A stretch of 64,000 nucleotides of DNA from an uncultured Syntrophaceae bacterium (GCA_964523565.1 CAZGAK010000003.1:11700-75699); one strand, 5' to 3'; counted from the first letter of the stretch, positions 1 to 9,809 are shown. Notes: generated from the letters alone by a model not told the origin. Numbers and translations: made by a program.

Positions 1-184
1 GGGCGACACAGGCAACAAATCCGTACACAGCGTAAAATTCCGGCCATTCTTCCCATCCGAAATGAGCGTGTTTGTGAACAAAAAAGTCGCCGATAAGAAG
101 AAATACAAGAAATCCATAAAAGATTCTCAGGAGTCTCTTTACGTTCTTCGGTTTGTCGAACAGGTATTCTTTCTCTTTATTCAT
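1..184 (-). CDS. hypothetical small membrane protein (3' end runs off the window edge)
   Basis: Minus-strand ATG at 182-184 reads MNKEKEYLFDKPKNVKRLLRIFYGFLVFLLIGDFFVHKHAHFGWEEWPEFYAVYGF..., which is hydrophobic. No family recognised. Confidence 0.3.
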   Translation of the reverse strand, partial: MNKEKEYLFDKPKNVKRLLRIFYGFLVFLLIGDFFVHKHAHFGWEEWPEFYAVYGFVACVA

Positions 185-224
185 GATTTTCCCATTGCCT
201 ATTGTTTTTATAAGAAATTAAAAA

Positions 225-347
225 TCAGATTGTATTAAATAAAATGGTAGCCAGATACAAAATGCCTATTGTAATAGCGATAAAGAAAGCCTTCCTATAC
301 CCCGGTACAGGCTCATGGGAGAGTTCCATTTTTTCTTCTTCTTCCAT
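225..347 (-). CDS. hypothetical small membrane protein
   Basis: Lies in ORF 225..437. The internal ATG at 347 is preceded by GAGGA. Product MEEEEKMELSHEPVPGYRKAFFIAITIGILYLATILFNTI has one TM helix. Confidence 0.3.
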   Translation of the reverse strand: MEEEEKMELSHEPVPGYRKAFFIAITIGILYLATILFNTI

Positions 348-476
348 TCTTTTCCTCGTTATCGTGCTGGATAACTTTCTGATTGAGTTGAGTGGTTCGG
401 TTACAGCCAAAATTCGCCTAACGGCGATATAATTCATGAAACTTATAATGTCAAAGGAAAAATTTGTATGAAACCT

Positions 477-1595
477 CTATATAAGGGACAAGCTGTCAGC
501 TACAGCCAAGCCGTATCGTGAAGGATATAAATAGCCATTTTCGATGTCAACAAGACCTTCATCCATTAGTTTGCCAATAATTTCTTTCTTTTCGATTAAC
601 AGGTCATAATTATATTTCCTTCTGAAATCACGAAGATTAATTCCTTTTTTCGTACGCAGACCGAGGCAAAGGGCCTCCAGGCGTAATTGATCTTCCGTCA
701 AGCATTCTGCTTCTTCAAGGGGAGGTTCTCCTTTTTCTGTATCTTGAATGTATTTAAGAAGAGTTCTATGGTTCCACCAGCGCTTATTATTTTCAAATGA
801 ATGGGCCGAGGGTCCGAGGCCGAGACAGGGTACATGTTCCCAGTATTTCTGGTTATGCCTTGATGCGAGCATAATGTTTCTGGCGAAATTTGATACCTCA
901 TAGTGGGTGTATCCTGCATCTTCCAGCTTTTCTGAAGTTTTTATAAAAAAATTATACTGAAGCTCTTCATCTGGTAAAGTTGTCCTGCCTTTCTGGCAAC
1001 TCGTGGCGAGAGGTGTCCCCGGTTCAACGGTTAACTGGTAACAGGAAAGATGCTCGGGGTTGAAACTCAATGCCTGATCCAGGGTTTTCATCCAACCGTT
1101 CATGTTCTGTTCCGGGACGTCATAGATTAAATCAAGGCCTATATTGTCAAAGCCCGCACTGCGGGAATTTTCTATGGCATGCACGGCATCTTCTTTCGAG
1201 TGTCTTCTTCCGAGGAAAGAAAGAATGCTGTTGTCAAAAGACTGAACACCTATATTGAGACGATTAATCCCCATCTCAAGGAGGGATTCAAGATAAGTCG
1301 GGTTCAGATCTCCCGGATTTGCCTCCATGGTAATTTCACTATCCGGTGAAAGGGTAAAACTTTCTCTAACCCGTTTTAAAAGCTCCTTGATCTGTCCTGT
1401 CTGGAGAAGTGATGGTGTACCTCCACCGATATAAAGCGTATCAAACATTTCAAACCGATCACGGTACATCCCCATCTCTTTAAAAAGTGATTCAAGAAAA
1501 CCGGAGACAAGATCAAGGGAGGTTACAGAATAGAAATTACAGTAATTACACTTTGAAATGCAGAAAGGTATGTGTATGTAAAGTCCGGGATTCAT
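477..1595 (-). CDS. hemW: radical SAM heme chaperone HemW / coproporphyrinogen III oxidase-like protein
   Basis: Radical-SAM CxxxCxxC motif (IPFCISKCNYCNF) and a GGGTPS motif; length fits HemW/HemN-like proteins. ATG at 1595 is preferred over the TTG at 1604. Confidence 0.85.
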   Translation of the reverse strand: MNPGLYIHIPFCISKCNYCNFYSVTSLDLVSGFLESLFKEMGMYRDRFEMFDTLYIGGGTPSLLQTGQIKELLKRVRESFTLSPDSEITMEANPGDLNPTYLESLLEMGINRLNIGVQSFDNSILSFLGRRHSKEDAVHAIENSRSAGFDNIGLDLIYDVPEQNMNGWMKTLDQALSFNPEHLSCYQLTVEPGTPLATSCQKGRTTLPDEELQYNFFIKTSEKLEDAGYTHYEVSNFARNIMLASRHNQKYWEHVPCLGLGPSAHSFENNKRWWNHRTLLKYIQDTEKGEPPLEEAECLTEDQLRLEALCLGLRTKKGINLRDFRRKYNYDLLIEKKEIIGKLMDEGLVDIENGYLYPSRYGLAVADSLSLI

Positions 1596-1689
1596 AAGGT
1601 TCAAGGTTCAAGGATCAAGGTAAAAGGTTCAAGGAACAAGGCAAAAAGGTTCAAGGAACAAGGCAAAAAGGTTCAAGGATGTTGTTTTT
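1596..1689. repeat. degenerate CAAGG-type short tandem array (GGTTCAAGG / AACAAGG units)
   Basis: Read directly: aaggttcaaggttcaaggatcaaggtaaaaggttcaaggaacaaggcaaaaaggttcaaggaacaaggcaaaaaggttcaagg. It fills the whole lepA-hemW spacer. Confidence 0.8.
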
Positions 1690-3486
1690 TTAAGTTTGAT
1701 CAGATTTCAGTATGGCGATGAAGGCACTCTGGGGAATGGCTACCGATCCGACCATTTTCATTCGTTTCTTTCCCTTTTTCTGTTTTTCCAGGAGTTTTCG
1801 CTTCCGTGTTATGTCGCCGCCATAACACTTTGCCGTAACATCTTTCCGGAAAGGGCTGATAGTGGTTCTCGATATGATCTGACCGCCAATGGCGCCCTGA
1901 ATGGCTATCTTAAACATTTGCCTTGGTATTTCTTCTTTTAGCTTTTCGCATGCATGAAGACCTCGTGCGCGGGCCCGGTCCCGGTGCACCATTTGTGCCA
2001 ATGCATCCACCTTGTCGCCATTGACCAGGATGTCGAGGAGGACAAGGTTGCTTTCTCTGTAGTCGATTATGTCATAATCAAAGGAACCGTATCCCTGGGT
2101 AATGGTTTTTAAGCTATCATAAAAATCGTAGATGATTTCTGCAAGAGGCATTTCAAAGGTCAATTCTACACGGCCCGGACTCGGGTAGTTGAGTGCCGAG
2201 TTGTCACCCCTCTTTTCCCTGCAAAGTTTCATGACCGACCCCAGGTATCTTTCGGGAAACATCATGGTAGCACGTATATAAGGTTCCTCCGATTTGTCTA
2301 TAGTCATGGGATCGGGGTAGAAAGAAGGATTATCAATATATACGACTTCTCCGCTGTTCAGCGTAAAACGGTACCTGACACTGGGAACGGATAAAATAAT
2401 TGAGAGATCGTATTCTCTTTCCAGCCTTTCCTGTACGATGTCGAGATGTAGCAGACCAAGAAACCCGCAACGGAACCCCTGGCCTAAGGCTACGGAAGAG
2501 TCTTTCTGATAGGTGAAGGATGCATCGTTGAGCTCGTATTTTTCCAGGGCAACAGTTAGATCTTCGTAATCGTCTGAAGCGATTGGATAAATTGATGCAA
2601 ATACGACCGGCTTTGCCTCTTTAAAGCCGGGTAACGGTTTATTGCACGGCCTGTTGTCGAGTGTAACTGTATCACCGATATTTACATCTGAAACTGTCTT
2701 CAAGCCGGCAATGATGTAACCCACATCACCTGCGGAAAGCTTATCTTTTTTTTGACGTGAAATTAGAAAGCTGCCCACTTCTTCGACCTTGTAGGTTGTC
2801 TCGTTATGCATGAAACGGATAATATCACCGCTTTTTATGGTACCGTCAAAGACGCGGCAGTTGATTATCGTTCCACGAAAAGGGTCGTACTTGGCATCAA
2901 AGATAAGCGCTGCCAGTGGTGATTCTGAACTTCCTTTCGGGGGAGGGATCTTCTGAACAATTGCTTCCAGTATCTCTTCTATCCCGGTCCCTAACTTGGC
3001 CGAACAGGTAAGGGTAGTGTATGGATCCAATCCTAATTCAGAGTCGATCTGTTCCATGACCGATTCTATGTTTGCTGAGGGGAGGTCAATCTTATTAATG
3101 ATGGGGATTATTTCCAGATCGTGTTCCATGGCCATGTACAGGTTTGCCACCGTTTGCGCCTGTACCCCCTGTGCGGCATCAACAAGAAGAAGAACGCCTT
3201 CACAGGATGCAAGGGAGCGGGAAACCTCGTAAGAAAAATCAACATGACCTGGCGTATCGATAAGATTGAGGAAATATACTTTACCATCTTTCGCCCGGTA
3301 GGGGAGGGTGATTGCCTGGCTTTTTATGGTGATTCCCCGTTCACGCTCGATATCCATATCATCCAGGATCTGGTTTTTAAAATTTCGCTCATCGATTACT
3401 CCGGCGTACTGAATCATACGGTCGGCAAGGGTCGATTTTCCATGATCGATATGGGCGATTATGCTGAAATTGCGTATATTTTTCAT
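1690..3486 (-). CDS. lepA: translation elongation factor 4 (LepA)
   Basis: MKNIRNFSIIAHIDHGKSTLADR G1 motif, DTPGHVDF, NKIDL, and a LepA-type C terminus. ATG at 3486 sits inside ORF 1690..3510. Confidence 0.95.
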   Translation of the reverse strand: MKNIRNFSIIAHIDHGKSTLADRMIQYAGVIDERNFKNQILDDMDIERERGITIKSQAITLPYRAKDGKVYFLNLIDTPGHVDFSYEVSRSLASCEGVLLLVDAAQGVQAQTVANLYMAMEHDLEIIPIINKIDLPSANIESVMEQIDSELGLDPYTTLTCSAKLGTGIEEILEAIVQKIPPPKGSSESPLAALIFDAKYDPFRGTIINCRVFDGTIKSGDIIRFMHNETTYKVEEVGSFLISRQKKDKLSAGDVGYIIAGLKTVSDVNIGDTVTLDNRPCNKPLPGFKEAKPVVFASIYPIASDDYEDLTVALEKYELNDASFTYQKDSSVALGQGFRCGFLGLLHLDIVQERLEREYDLSIILSVPSVRYRFTLNSGEVVYIDNPSFYPDPMTIDKSEEPYIRATMMFPERYLGSVMKLCREKRGDNSALNYPSPGRVELTFEMPLAEIIYDFYDSLKTITQGYGSFDYDIIDYRESNLVLLDILVNGDKVDALAQMVHRDRARARGLHACEKLKEEIPRQMFKIAIQGAIGGQIISRTTISPFRKDVTAKCYGGDITRKRKLLEKQKKGKKRMKMVGSVAIPQSAFIAILKSDQT

Positions 3487-3567
3487 AATTGATCTTTTAT
3501 GCACAAACAATCCCGCAGATTGACGCAGAGACTGCGGAAAAGGGCCATTTCTGGATGGAAACTAGAT

Positions 3568-3602
3568 AAAAAAGCCTTCCCATATAGAAGGAAGGCTTTT
3601 TA
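3568..3602 (-). terminator. rho-independent terminator-like hairpin downstream of adk
   Basis: aaaaaagccttcc-catatagaa-ggaaggcttttt: GC-containing stem flanked by A/T runs on both sides. Confidence 0.55.
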
Positions 3603-3624
3603 CCAGATTTTTTGTCAGTTTCCT

Positions 3625-4296
3625 CTATCCTAATTTTTCCAGAAGGTCGTCAGATACTTCTTTAACACCCGGCAGCCCATCTACTCCAATGACCGTAACT
3701 CTTTCCTTGAAGTAATTTACACCGGCCACTGTTCCTGTTTCGGTGTCATAGTAAATACTATGTCTCTTGTCGATGGCAGCCTCATCCTGATCGTCGGCTC
3801 TGGCAGTTAATTCACCACCGCAGACTCTGCATACAAGCTTATCATCTTTTTCAGCCGGTTTAATGGCATCTATGAAAATATTGTTGGGATGATTGTTATC
3901 ATTGACGCACAGCCGCCTTCCCATGATCCTGTTTTTGGAAGTCTGCCTGTCAAGGAGGATTTCGATTACGTAATCTAAATTCATGTTTTCATCCTGCAGT
4001 GCCTTGTACATCGCTTCCGCCTGGGCCAGATTCCTCGGGAACCCGTCTAAAAGCCATCCAGCCTTGCAGTCATCTTCCTTCAGCCTGTTTAAGATCATGG
4101 GGATAGTAATCTCATCGGGGACCAGCTCTCCCTTGTCGATATAACCCTTTGCCCTCTGGCCTAATTCTGTACCCTTGGAGATATTCTCTCTGAAGATCAC
4201 GCCGGTTTCAATATGAGGTACTCCGAATTTCTTTTGAACAATTGCTCCCTGTGTTCCTTTACCACTTCCATTTGGTCCGAAAATTAAAATGTTCAT
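3625..4296 (-). CDS. adk: adenylate kinase
   Basis: MNILIFGPNGSGKGTQG P-loop; lid with CRVCGG zinc-type motif. GGAG RBS precedes the ATG at 4296 (ORF track start 4332 is an extension). Confidence 0.92.
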   Translation of the reverse strand: MNILIFGPNGSGKGTQGAIVQKKFGVPHIETGVIFRENISKGTELGQRAKGYIDKGELVPDEITIPMILNRLKEDDCKAGWLLDGFPRNLAQAEAMYKALQDENMNLDYVIEILLDRQTSKNRIMGRRLCVNDNNHPNNIFIDAIKPAEKDDKLVCRVCGGELTARADDQDEAAIDKRHSIYYDTETGTVAGVNYFKERVTVIGVDGLPGVKEVSDDLLEKLG

Positions 4297-4376
4297 ACTG
4301 TTAAACTCCTTTCTAAAAGGTTTTTCCACCAAAAAGCAGCACCCTTATAGGAAATTATCGTGCTTTTGGCAAGGAT

Positions 4377-5270
4377 TTATTTCCCTTCGGCTACCGCTTT
4401 TACTTTTGCCGTCAGATTGAGGAGAAAGGATCTCTTGTCCTGAAGAACAGCCTGGGTGTCTTCATAATCTTCCTTGAAAATTGCATTCACAACGGCCTCT
4501 CGATCACCATTGAACTGATCCAGAAAGACATCGATTCTTTTCTTGAATACCTTTGCGCTCTCCAGTGATTTTTGAATATGGCCTTTGGCATCGTCGCCGG
4601 TCAAAATGTGAACATGGGGCAACAGCAGGATATCTACGTCCAGACTGGTAAGCTTTTCGAGAGAATTTATATAATCATTATAACTGGATGAGAATTCCGA
4701 CTGGATGTCGTAATTGCCGTTATAAACCCCTGTGGCTTCACCGGGGATCAGGGCTTTTATTTTCGGAATGTAGTATGAGACAGAATCTCTTGTGTGTCCC
4801 GGGGTTTTGATGACCTGAATGTTCCAGCCGTCACCCAGATTGTATTCATCATCTTCTTCAAAGGTGATATCAATCTCAATGGAGTCGAAGGAAATATCCT
4901 CATTGCCGGTTTGTTTTCTGAATTTCTCTTCGTAATCACCACTAAGGCTCTGCATGAGTTTTATCGCTTTGGGCTTTTTTAGAGTTTCCGCTGCAAGCTT
5001 GCTCGCCGCGATCTTTAATCCTTTGATGTTTCTTTTTAAAAAAGGAACAGAGCCGCAATGATCATAGTGAGAGTGGGTGAGAAAAATGTAGCCGAGCCTG
5101 TTTGCATCTCCTAAATATTCGTTTAAGTCTTCGAGATATCGGGGACCAGCAATGGTCAGCCCTGAATCAAAGAGAGCCGGGGGATCACTCATTATAAGAA
5201 ATGAGGGAATAAAGTGATATCCTATTGAATAAAGCCCATCGCAGACCTTTCCTGTCTTTTCCAGTATCAT
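4377..5270 (-). CDS. MBL-fold metallo-hydrolase
   Basis: THSHYDHCG (HxHxDH) metallo-beta-lactamase motif; 297 aa. Confidence 0.8.
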   Translation of the reverse strand: MILEKTGKVCDGLYSIGYHFIPSFLIMSDPPALFDSGLTIAGPRYLEDLNEYLGDANRLGYIFLTHSHYDHCGSVPFLKRNIKGLKIAASKLAAETLKKPKAIKLMQSLSGDYEEKFRKQTGNEDISFDSIEIDITFEEDDEYNLGDGWNIQVIKTPGHTRDSVSYYIPKIKALIPGEATGVYNGNYDIQSEFSSSYNDYINSLEKLTSLDVDILLLPHVHILTGDDAKGHIQKSLESAKVFKKRIDVFLDQFNGDREAVVNAIFKEDYEDTQAVLQDKRSFLLNLTAKVKAVAEGK

Positions 5271-5282
5271 AGATTCTAAACT

Positions 5283-5618
5283 CTATTTTTTGTCTAATGA
5301 AGCAAAATCTTCTCTTTTCGGGTAAAACACGTCAATAACTTTACAATCCGTCAGTATTTTGCCGGAGTGCTTGGCATTAGGAGGAATAACAACAACCGAA
5401 ACAGATTCCAGGATTTCAGTTTCATCCTCTATTGAAAATTGAATAGTTCCTTCCATTACATTCAAAATCTGTTCATGAGGGTGAGCATGTTCGGGCAGAA
5501 GGGTGCCCGCCTTGAATGACCAGAAAGACAAAGTCATATTTTCAGAATGAACAAATTTGACTTCACCGCCGGGAATCAACTCCCTTGCTTCGATTTCATT
5601 CAATTTGAATACTTCCAT
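5283..5618 (-). CDS. cupin domain protein
   Basis: MEVFKLNEIEARELIPGG...HAHPHEQILNVMEGT is a cupin motif. The upstream 70 codons of ORF 5283..5828 translate a repeat array and are rejected. Confidence 0.75.
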   Translation of the reverse strand: MEVFKLNEIEARELIPGGEVKFVHSENMTLSFWSFKAGTLLPEHAHPHEQILNVMEGTIQFSIEDETEILESVSVVVIPPNAKHSGKILTDCKVIDVFYPKREDFASLDKK

Positions 5619-5708
5619 AAAATACCCTTTCTGAGTGGTAACCTTTTTTGGCACCCTTTGGCTTTTAAAGGATAGAATGGTCAATGTCAAGTACTCATCC
5701 GCCAAGTG

Positions 5709-5790
5709 AGGAACAAGGTTCAAGGAACAAGGAGAAAGGAACAAGGAAAAAGGAACAAGGAAAAAGGGGAAAGGGGAGTGGCATGGATCC
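5709..5790. repeat. CAAGG-type array ending in GTGGCATGGATCC
   Basis: gaggaacaaggttcaaggaacaaggagaaaggaacaagg...ggggagtggcatggatcc. The same array-plus-GTGGCATGGATCC architecture recurs at 46227-46298. Confidence 0.75.
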
Positions 5791-6100
5791 AGCCAATTGC
5801 AGGATTTGTCCGTGGTCGGATACGTCAAACGGTAACCTTTTTAAATTGAAATTTTGCTTGACCTCAGCGCTTTTCTCCGCCAATATACGAGTATAAAAAG
5901 CCAAAAGAGAGAATGCTGTCAACAGCTTCTCTCATCCTGTTTATTCATCCCGGAATAATTGTACGCCATCCATACAGGAGGGTGTTGCTATAAATCATAA
6001 GCTTTGCAAAATTGCGGTATCAGTTATTAGTCCCTTAATTATAAAGTTTTTGCAAAAATGGCAAAAGAATTTCTTTATGGCTGATAAGTCCTTGCAAAAC

Positions 6101-6287
6101 TTAAATCCGAATATCGAATTTCGAAACTCGAAACAATATCGAATGACAAAAATACAAATATCTAAACAGGAAAGAGTTAGACTTTTGGCAATAGAGTTAA
6201 TGCCACTTCTGTGGCGTTGATGTTTTGAACGTTTGAATATTAGAAATTCGGATTTGTTTCGTATTTCGTGCTTCGAATTTCGGATTT
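6101..6287. mobile_element. MITE-like element, family B (terminal inverted AAATCCGAATATCGAA / TTCGAATTTCGGATTT)
   Basis: The ends are inverted copies of each other. The same ends occur at 50449-50608 around a different core. No ORF. Confidence 0.6.
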
Positions 6288-6360
6288 GCGGCTTTACCGC
6301 TTTATGTTAGCAACTGCTACGGAAACATTTGCAGAATATGGGTTTAAGAGAGATGAGACA

Positions 6361-7668
6361 ATGAAATCTGAGATGATCAATGGTCGGAAGGTAGTTCTTG
6401 TTGACGGATGTCGAATTCCATTTATAAGGGCAGGTACTGAATATAAAGACCTTACCTCTTATGATCTGGGAAGGCTGGTTATTAAAGCACTTTTAACAAG
6501 GACTAAGATTGAACCGGACAAGATAGACCAGGTGATTATGGGGAACGTAATTACCAACCTGGCAACGACTAACGTTGCCCGCGATTCCGCTCTTGGAGCG
6601 GGTCTCCCTGTTTCTATTCCTGCTTTTACTGTAACCCTTGCCTGTGTTTCTTCCAATTTAGCGATTACAACAGGTGCGGATTTAATCAGAACCGGCCAGG
6701 CCGATGTTGTTATTGCGGGAGGAACGGAAAGTATGTCCGACATTCCCATCGGCTATAGAAAACGATTCAGAAATAAATTAATAGAAGCACAGAAATACAA
6801 AGGCGTGCGCGATTATGTGAAATTCCCACGGGGACTTTCCCCAAGGGATCTGTTGCCGGAAATTCCTTCTATTGCTGAATATGCGACAGGCAGGATAATG
6901 GGTGAAGATTGTGACAGACTCGCGGCTCGTCTGAAGATAAGCAGGGAAGAACAGGATGAATATGCTGTCCGTTCCCATGTTGCCGCGGCCAGGGCTACTG
7001 CAAAAGGCTACTTTGCCGGTGAAGTAGAGCCGGTCCGGGTCCCTCCGGATTTTAAACCGGTTATTGAAGATAACGGTATCAGAGGTGATACCTCTCCGGC
7101 GAAGATGAAAAGTCTCAAGCCGGTCTTTGAAAAAAAGTACGGCACAATCACGGCAGGTAATTCTTCATTTTTAACGGACGGGGCTTCTGCCGTAATGCTC
7201 ATGTCCGAAGAAGCGGCGAGCTCACTCGGATATGCACCGAAGGCATCAATCCGCTCTTATACTTTTACAGCACAGGATCCGATGGAGGAACTGCTGCTGG
7301 GTCCCGCTTATGCTACACCGAAGGTCCTTGATTTGGCAGGATTGGGACTCTCAGACATAGATGTTTTTGAATTTCATGAGGCTTTTGCGGGACAGGTACT
7401 GGCCAATTTAAAATGTCTTGATTCCGCACAATTTGCTTTGGAAAAATTGGGTCGGTCCGAAAAGGTTGGAAAGATCCCGATGGAAAAATTAAATATTCTG
7501 GGAGGTTCCCTTTCACTTGGCCACCCATTCGCCGCTACGGGTGGCCGATTGGTTATAACGGCAGCTAACCGGCTTATTCGGGAAGATGGCACCTTTGCGC
7601 TCATTGCCTCATGTGCCGGTGGTGCAATTGGAAACGCCATTATATTGGAAAGAGAGAACAACATATGA
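6361..7668 (+). CDS. acetyl-CoA C-acyltransferase (3-ketoacyl-CoA thiolase, FadA/FadI-like)
   Basis: Thiolase signatures (VTLACVSS active-site Cys region; GGSLSLGHPFAATGGR). ATG at 6361; the earlier ORF-track start lies inside the MITE. Confidence 0.9.
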   Translation: MKSEMINGRKVVLVDGCRIPFIRAGTEYKDLTSYDLGRLVIKALLTRTKIEPDKIDQVIMGNVITNLATTNVARDSALGAGLPVSIPAFTVTLACVSSNLAITTGADLIRTGQADVVIAGGTESMSDIPIGYRKRFRNKLIEAQKYKGVRDYVKFPRGLSPRDLLPEIPSIAEYATGRIMGEDCDRLAARLKISREEQDEYAVRSHVAAARATAKGYFAGEVEPVRVPPDFKPVIEDNGIRGDTSPAKMKSLKPVFEKKYGTITAGNSSFLTDGASAVMLMSEEAASSLGYAPKASIRSYTFTAQDPMEELLLGPAYATPKVLDLAGLGLSDIDVFEFHEAFAGQVLANLKCLDSAQFALEKLGRSEKVGKIPMEKLNILGGSLSLGHPFAATGGRLVITAANRLIREDGTFALIASCAGGAIGNAIILERENNI

Positions 7669-9794
7669 CCTATGCAAAGATCGAAAAACAGGATGGGGTA
7701 GCCATTGTATGGCTTAATCAATCCGGTGAAAAGGTAAATAAGATTTCACTGGATCTCCTGGACATATTTGAAGATTTTATGGAACAGATTGAAAAAGATG
7801 ATGAAATAAAAGGTGTTGTTCTCATCAGCGGAAAAGAAGATAATTTCATTGCCGGTGCCGATCTTGATGAATTTGTCTATATGCCTGAGCGGGAAAAGGC
7901 GGAAACACTGAGCCGCAGGGGACATGTCCTTTTGAACCGTATAGCCGATTTCCCAAAACCCGTTGTAGCTGCTATGCATGGGGCAACCCTGGGGGGTGGC
8001 CTCGAGGTGGCTCTTGCCTGTACATACCGGATTGCCACAGATGATCCCAAAACGTTTTTTGCCCTTCCTGAAGTTAAACTGGGGCTTCTCCCCGCCGGGG
8101 AGGGTACTCAGCGACTTCCTCGCCTTATTGGATTGCAGGCCGCTCTGGACATGATGTTGACGGGTAAAAATATTTATCCTCGTCAGGCCAGAAAAATGGG
8201 GCTTGTGGATGATCTGATCAATCCTTACGGTCTTCTCAACGCGGCCAAGTCGGCAGCCATTGATCTGGCAAGTCGTCCCGTAAGGCGCAAGAAAAAGCAA
8301 TCTGTCTTATCAAGAGCTCTGGACAGCACGCCCTTCAGCCGTAAGCTGATCTATAAAAAAGCAAAAGAAATGGTTCAAAAAAAGACCCGAGGAAATTATC
8401 CGGCGCCTTTCAAGATTATAGAGTGTGTTGAAACGGGCATGGAAAAGGGAATGAAAGCGGGTCTTCAAGCGGAAGAAGTGTATTTTGGGGAACTCGTTAT
8501 GACTCCTCAGGCTAATGAGCTGATCAGGATCTTTTTCAATATGACGGCACTGAAAAAAAATCCCCTGGAAGAATTTGCAAGGCCGGTTAACAAAATCGGC
8601 ATACTGGGAGCGGGTCTTATGGGATCAGGCATTGCAAATCTGAGTGCAAGCAAGGGCATGGAGGTGGTGCTTAAAGATGTAGATTTCGAAGCTCTTGGTA
8701 AGGGAGAAAAGTCAATCTGGGAGGACTTAGACAGAAAGGTAAAAAAAGGAGGCCTCACAGCCTTTCAGAGGGATCTGACGTTCAATCGAATTAACGGCAC
8801 AATTACAAATCAGGGCCTTGAAAACGCAGACCTCATCATTGAAGCAGTATTTGAAGATCTCGACCTCAAGAAAAAGATCTTGAGAGAAACGGAAGCCGTC
8901 ATTAAAGAGGATGCAATTTTCGCTACCAACACGTCTTCTCTCCCGATCGCGAGTATTGCCGAAGCCTCGAAGCGTCCGGAGCAGGTCATAGGGATGCACT
9001 ATTTTTCTCCCGTTCCCCAAATGCCACTCCTTGAAATTGTCGTTACGGAAAAAACGGCCAACTGGGTTACGGCAACGGCTCTGGATACAGGCATTAAACA
9101 GGGAAAGACCGTCATCGTGGTTCATGATGGGCCTGGATTCTATACTACCCGTATACTTGCCCCCCTCATGAATGAATCTCTTGTTCTTCTTGAGGAAGGT
9201 GCAAATATCGAAGAAATAGATACTGCCATGCTGGAATTCGGATTTCCTGTCGGCCCTGTTACACTTCTGGATGAGGTGGGAATTGATGTTGGGGCTCACG
9301 TCTCAAGGATTCTTGGATCACTCTTTGCCGGAAGGGGTGCGAAGCCGAGCGAAACCATGGAAAAGCTCGTCCAGGCCGGCTATAAGGGCCGGAAGAACAA
9401 TCAGGGCTTTTATCTTTACGATTATTCGTCCCGGAAAAAGAAGAAAAAGAAGGAAATCAATGAAAAAATTTATTCATTCTTCGGCGGGAGCGAACGAAAG
9501 AAGTTCGACAGAGAAGAAATCCAGAACCGCCTCTGTCTCGTCATGATTAACGAGGCCGCCCACTGTCTCCAGGAGGGGATTTTAAGATCGCCCCGGGACG
9601 GAGATGTCGGTGCCGTCTTCGGGTTGGGATTTCCGCCCTTTCTGGGAGGGCCTTTCAGGTACATGGATAATCGTAAGATTCGCAATATCCTTTCACTGAT
9701 GGAAGATCTGGAAAACAAACATGGTTCCCGATTTACGCCTGCACAGATCCTTCGGGACTACGCATCCAGGGCGGAATTGTTTTATCATGAGTAG
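7665..9794 (+). CDS. fatty-acid oxidation multifunctional enzyme (enoyl-CoA hydratase + 3-hydroxyacyl-CoA dehydrogenase, FadJ/FadB-like)
   Basis: Crotonase domain (AAMHGATLGGGLEVALAC) followed by a 3HCDH Rossmann fold (IGILGAGLMGSGIA). The ATG overlaps the thiolase stop (ATATGA). Confidence 0.9.
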   Translation: MTYAKIEKQDGVAIVWLNQSGEKVNKISLDLLDIFEDFMEQIEKDDEIKGVVLISGKEDNFIAGADLDEFVYMPEREKAETLSRRGHVLLNRIADFPKPVVAAMHGATLGGGLEVALACTYRIATDDPKTFFALPEVKLGLLPAGEGTQRLPRLIGLQAALDMMLTGKNIYPRQARKMGLVDDLINPYGLLNAAKSAAIDLASRPVRRKKKQSVLSRALDSTPFSRKLIYKKAKEMVQKKTRGNYPAPFKIIECVETGMEKGMKAGLQAEEVYFGELVMTPQANELIRIFFNMTALKKNPLEEFARPVNKIGILGAGLMGSGIANLSASKGMEVVLKDVDFEALGKGEKSIWEDLDRKVKKGGLTAFQRDLTFNRINGTITNQGLENADLIIEAVFEDLDLKKKILRETEAVIKEDAIFATNTSSLPIASIAEASKRPEQVIGMHYFSPVPQMPLLEIVVTEKTANWVTATALDTGIKQGKTVIVVHDGPGFYTTRILAPLMNESLVLLEEGANIEEIDTAMLEFGFPVGPVTLLDEVGIDVGAHVSRILGSLFAGRGAKPSETMEKLVQAGYKGRKNNQGFYLYDYSSRKKKKKKEINEKIYSFFGGSERKKFDREEIQNRLCLVMINEAAHCLQEGILRSPRDGDVGAVFGLGFPPFLGGPFRYMDNRKIRNILSLMEDLENKHGSRFTPAQILRDYASRAELFYHE

Positions 9795-9809
9795 TAAGGG
9801 TGTTTATGG

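Noticed and set aside
6186-6203. Sigma54-like TGGCA...TGC upstream of the beta-oxidation operon
   Set aside because: The GG-to-GC spacing is 3 nt too long relative to TGGCAC-N5-TTGC, and the motif sits inside MITE-B.
6268-6360. N-terminal extensions in the ORF track (thiolase 6268, cupin 5828, propeller 15513, EamA 51633, YhhN 13293, CoA-binding protein 49002, carD 58917)
   Set aside because: In most cases the extra codons translate MITE, CAAGG or GEG repeats. In all cases they precede an internal ATG where the recognisable family N terminus begins, some with an RBS. The shorter starts were used.
9432-9455. Poly-lysine run (RKKKKKKE) in the FadJ-like protein as a possible slippery or frameshift site
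   Set aside because: The reading frame is continuous, with conserved 3HCDH C-terminal sequence on both sides. It is probably just a surface-loop insertion.
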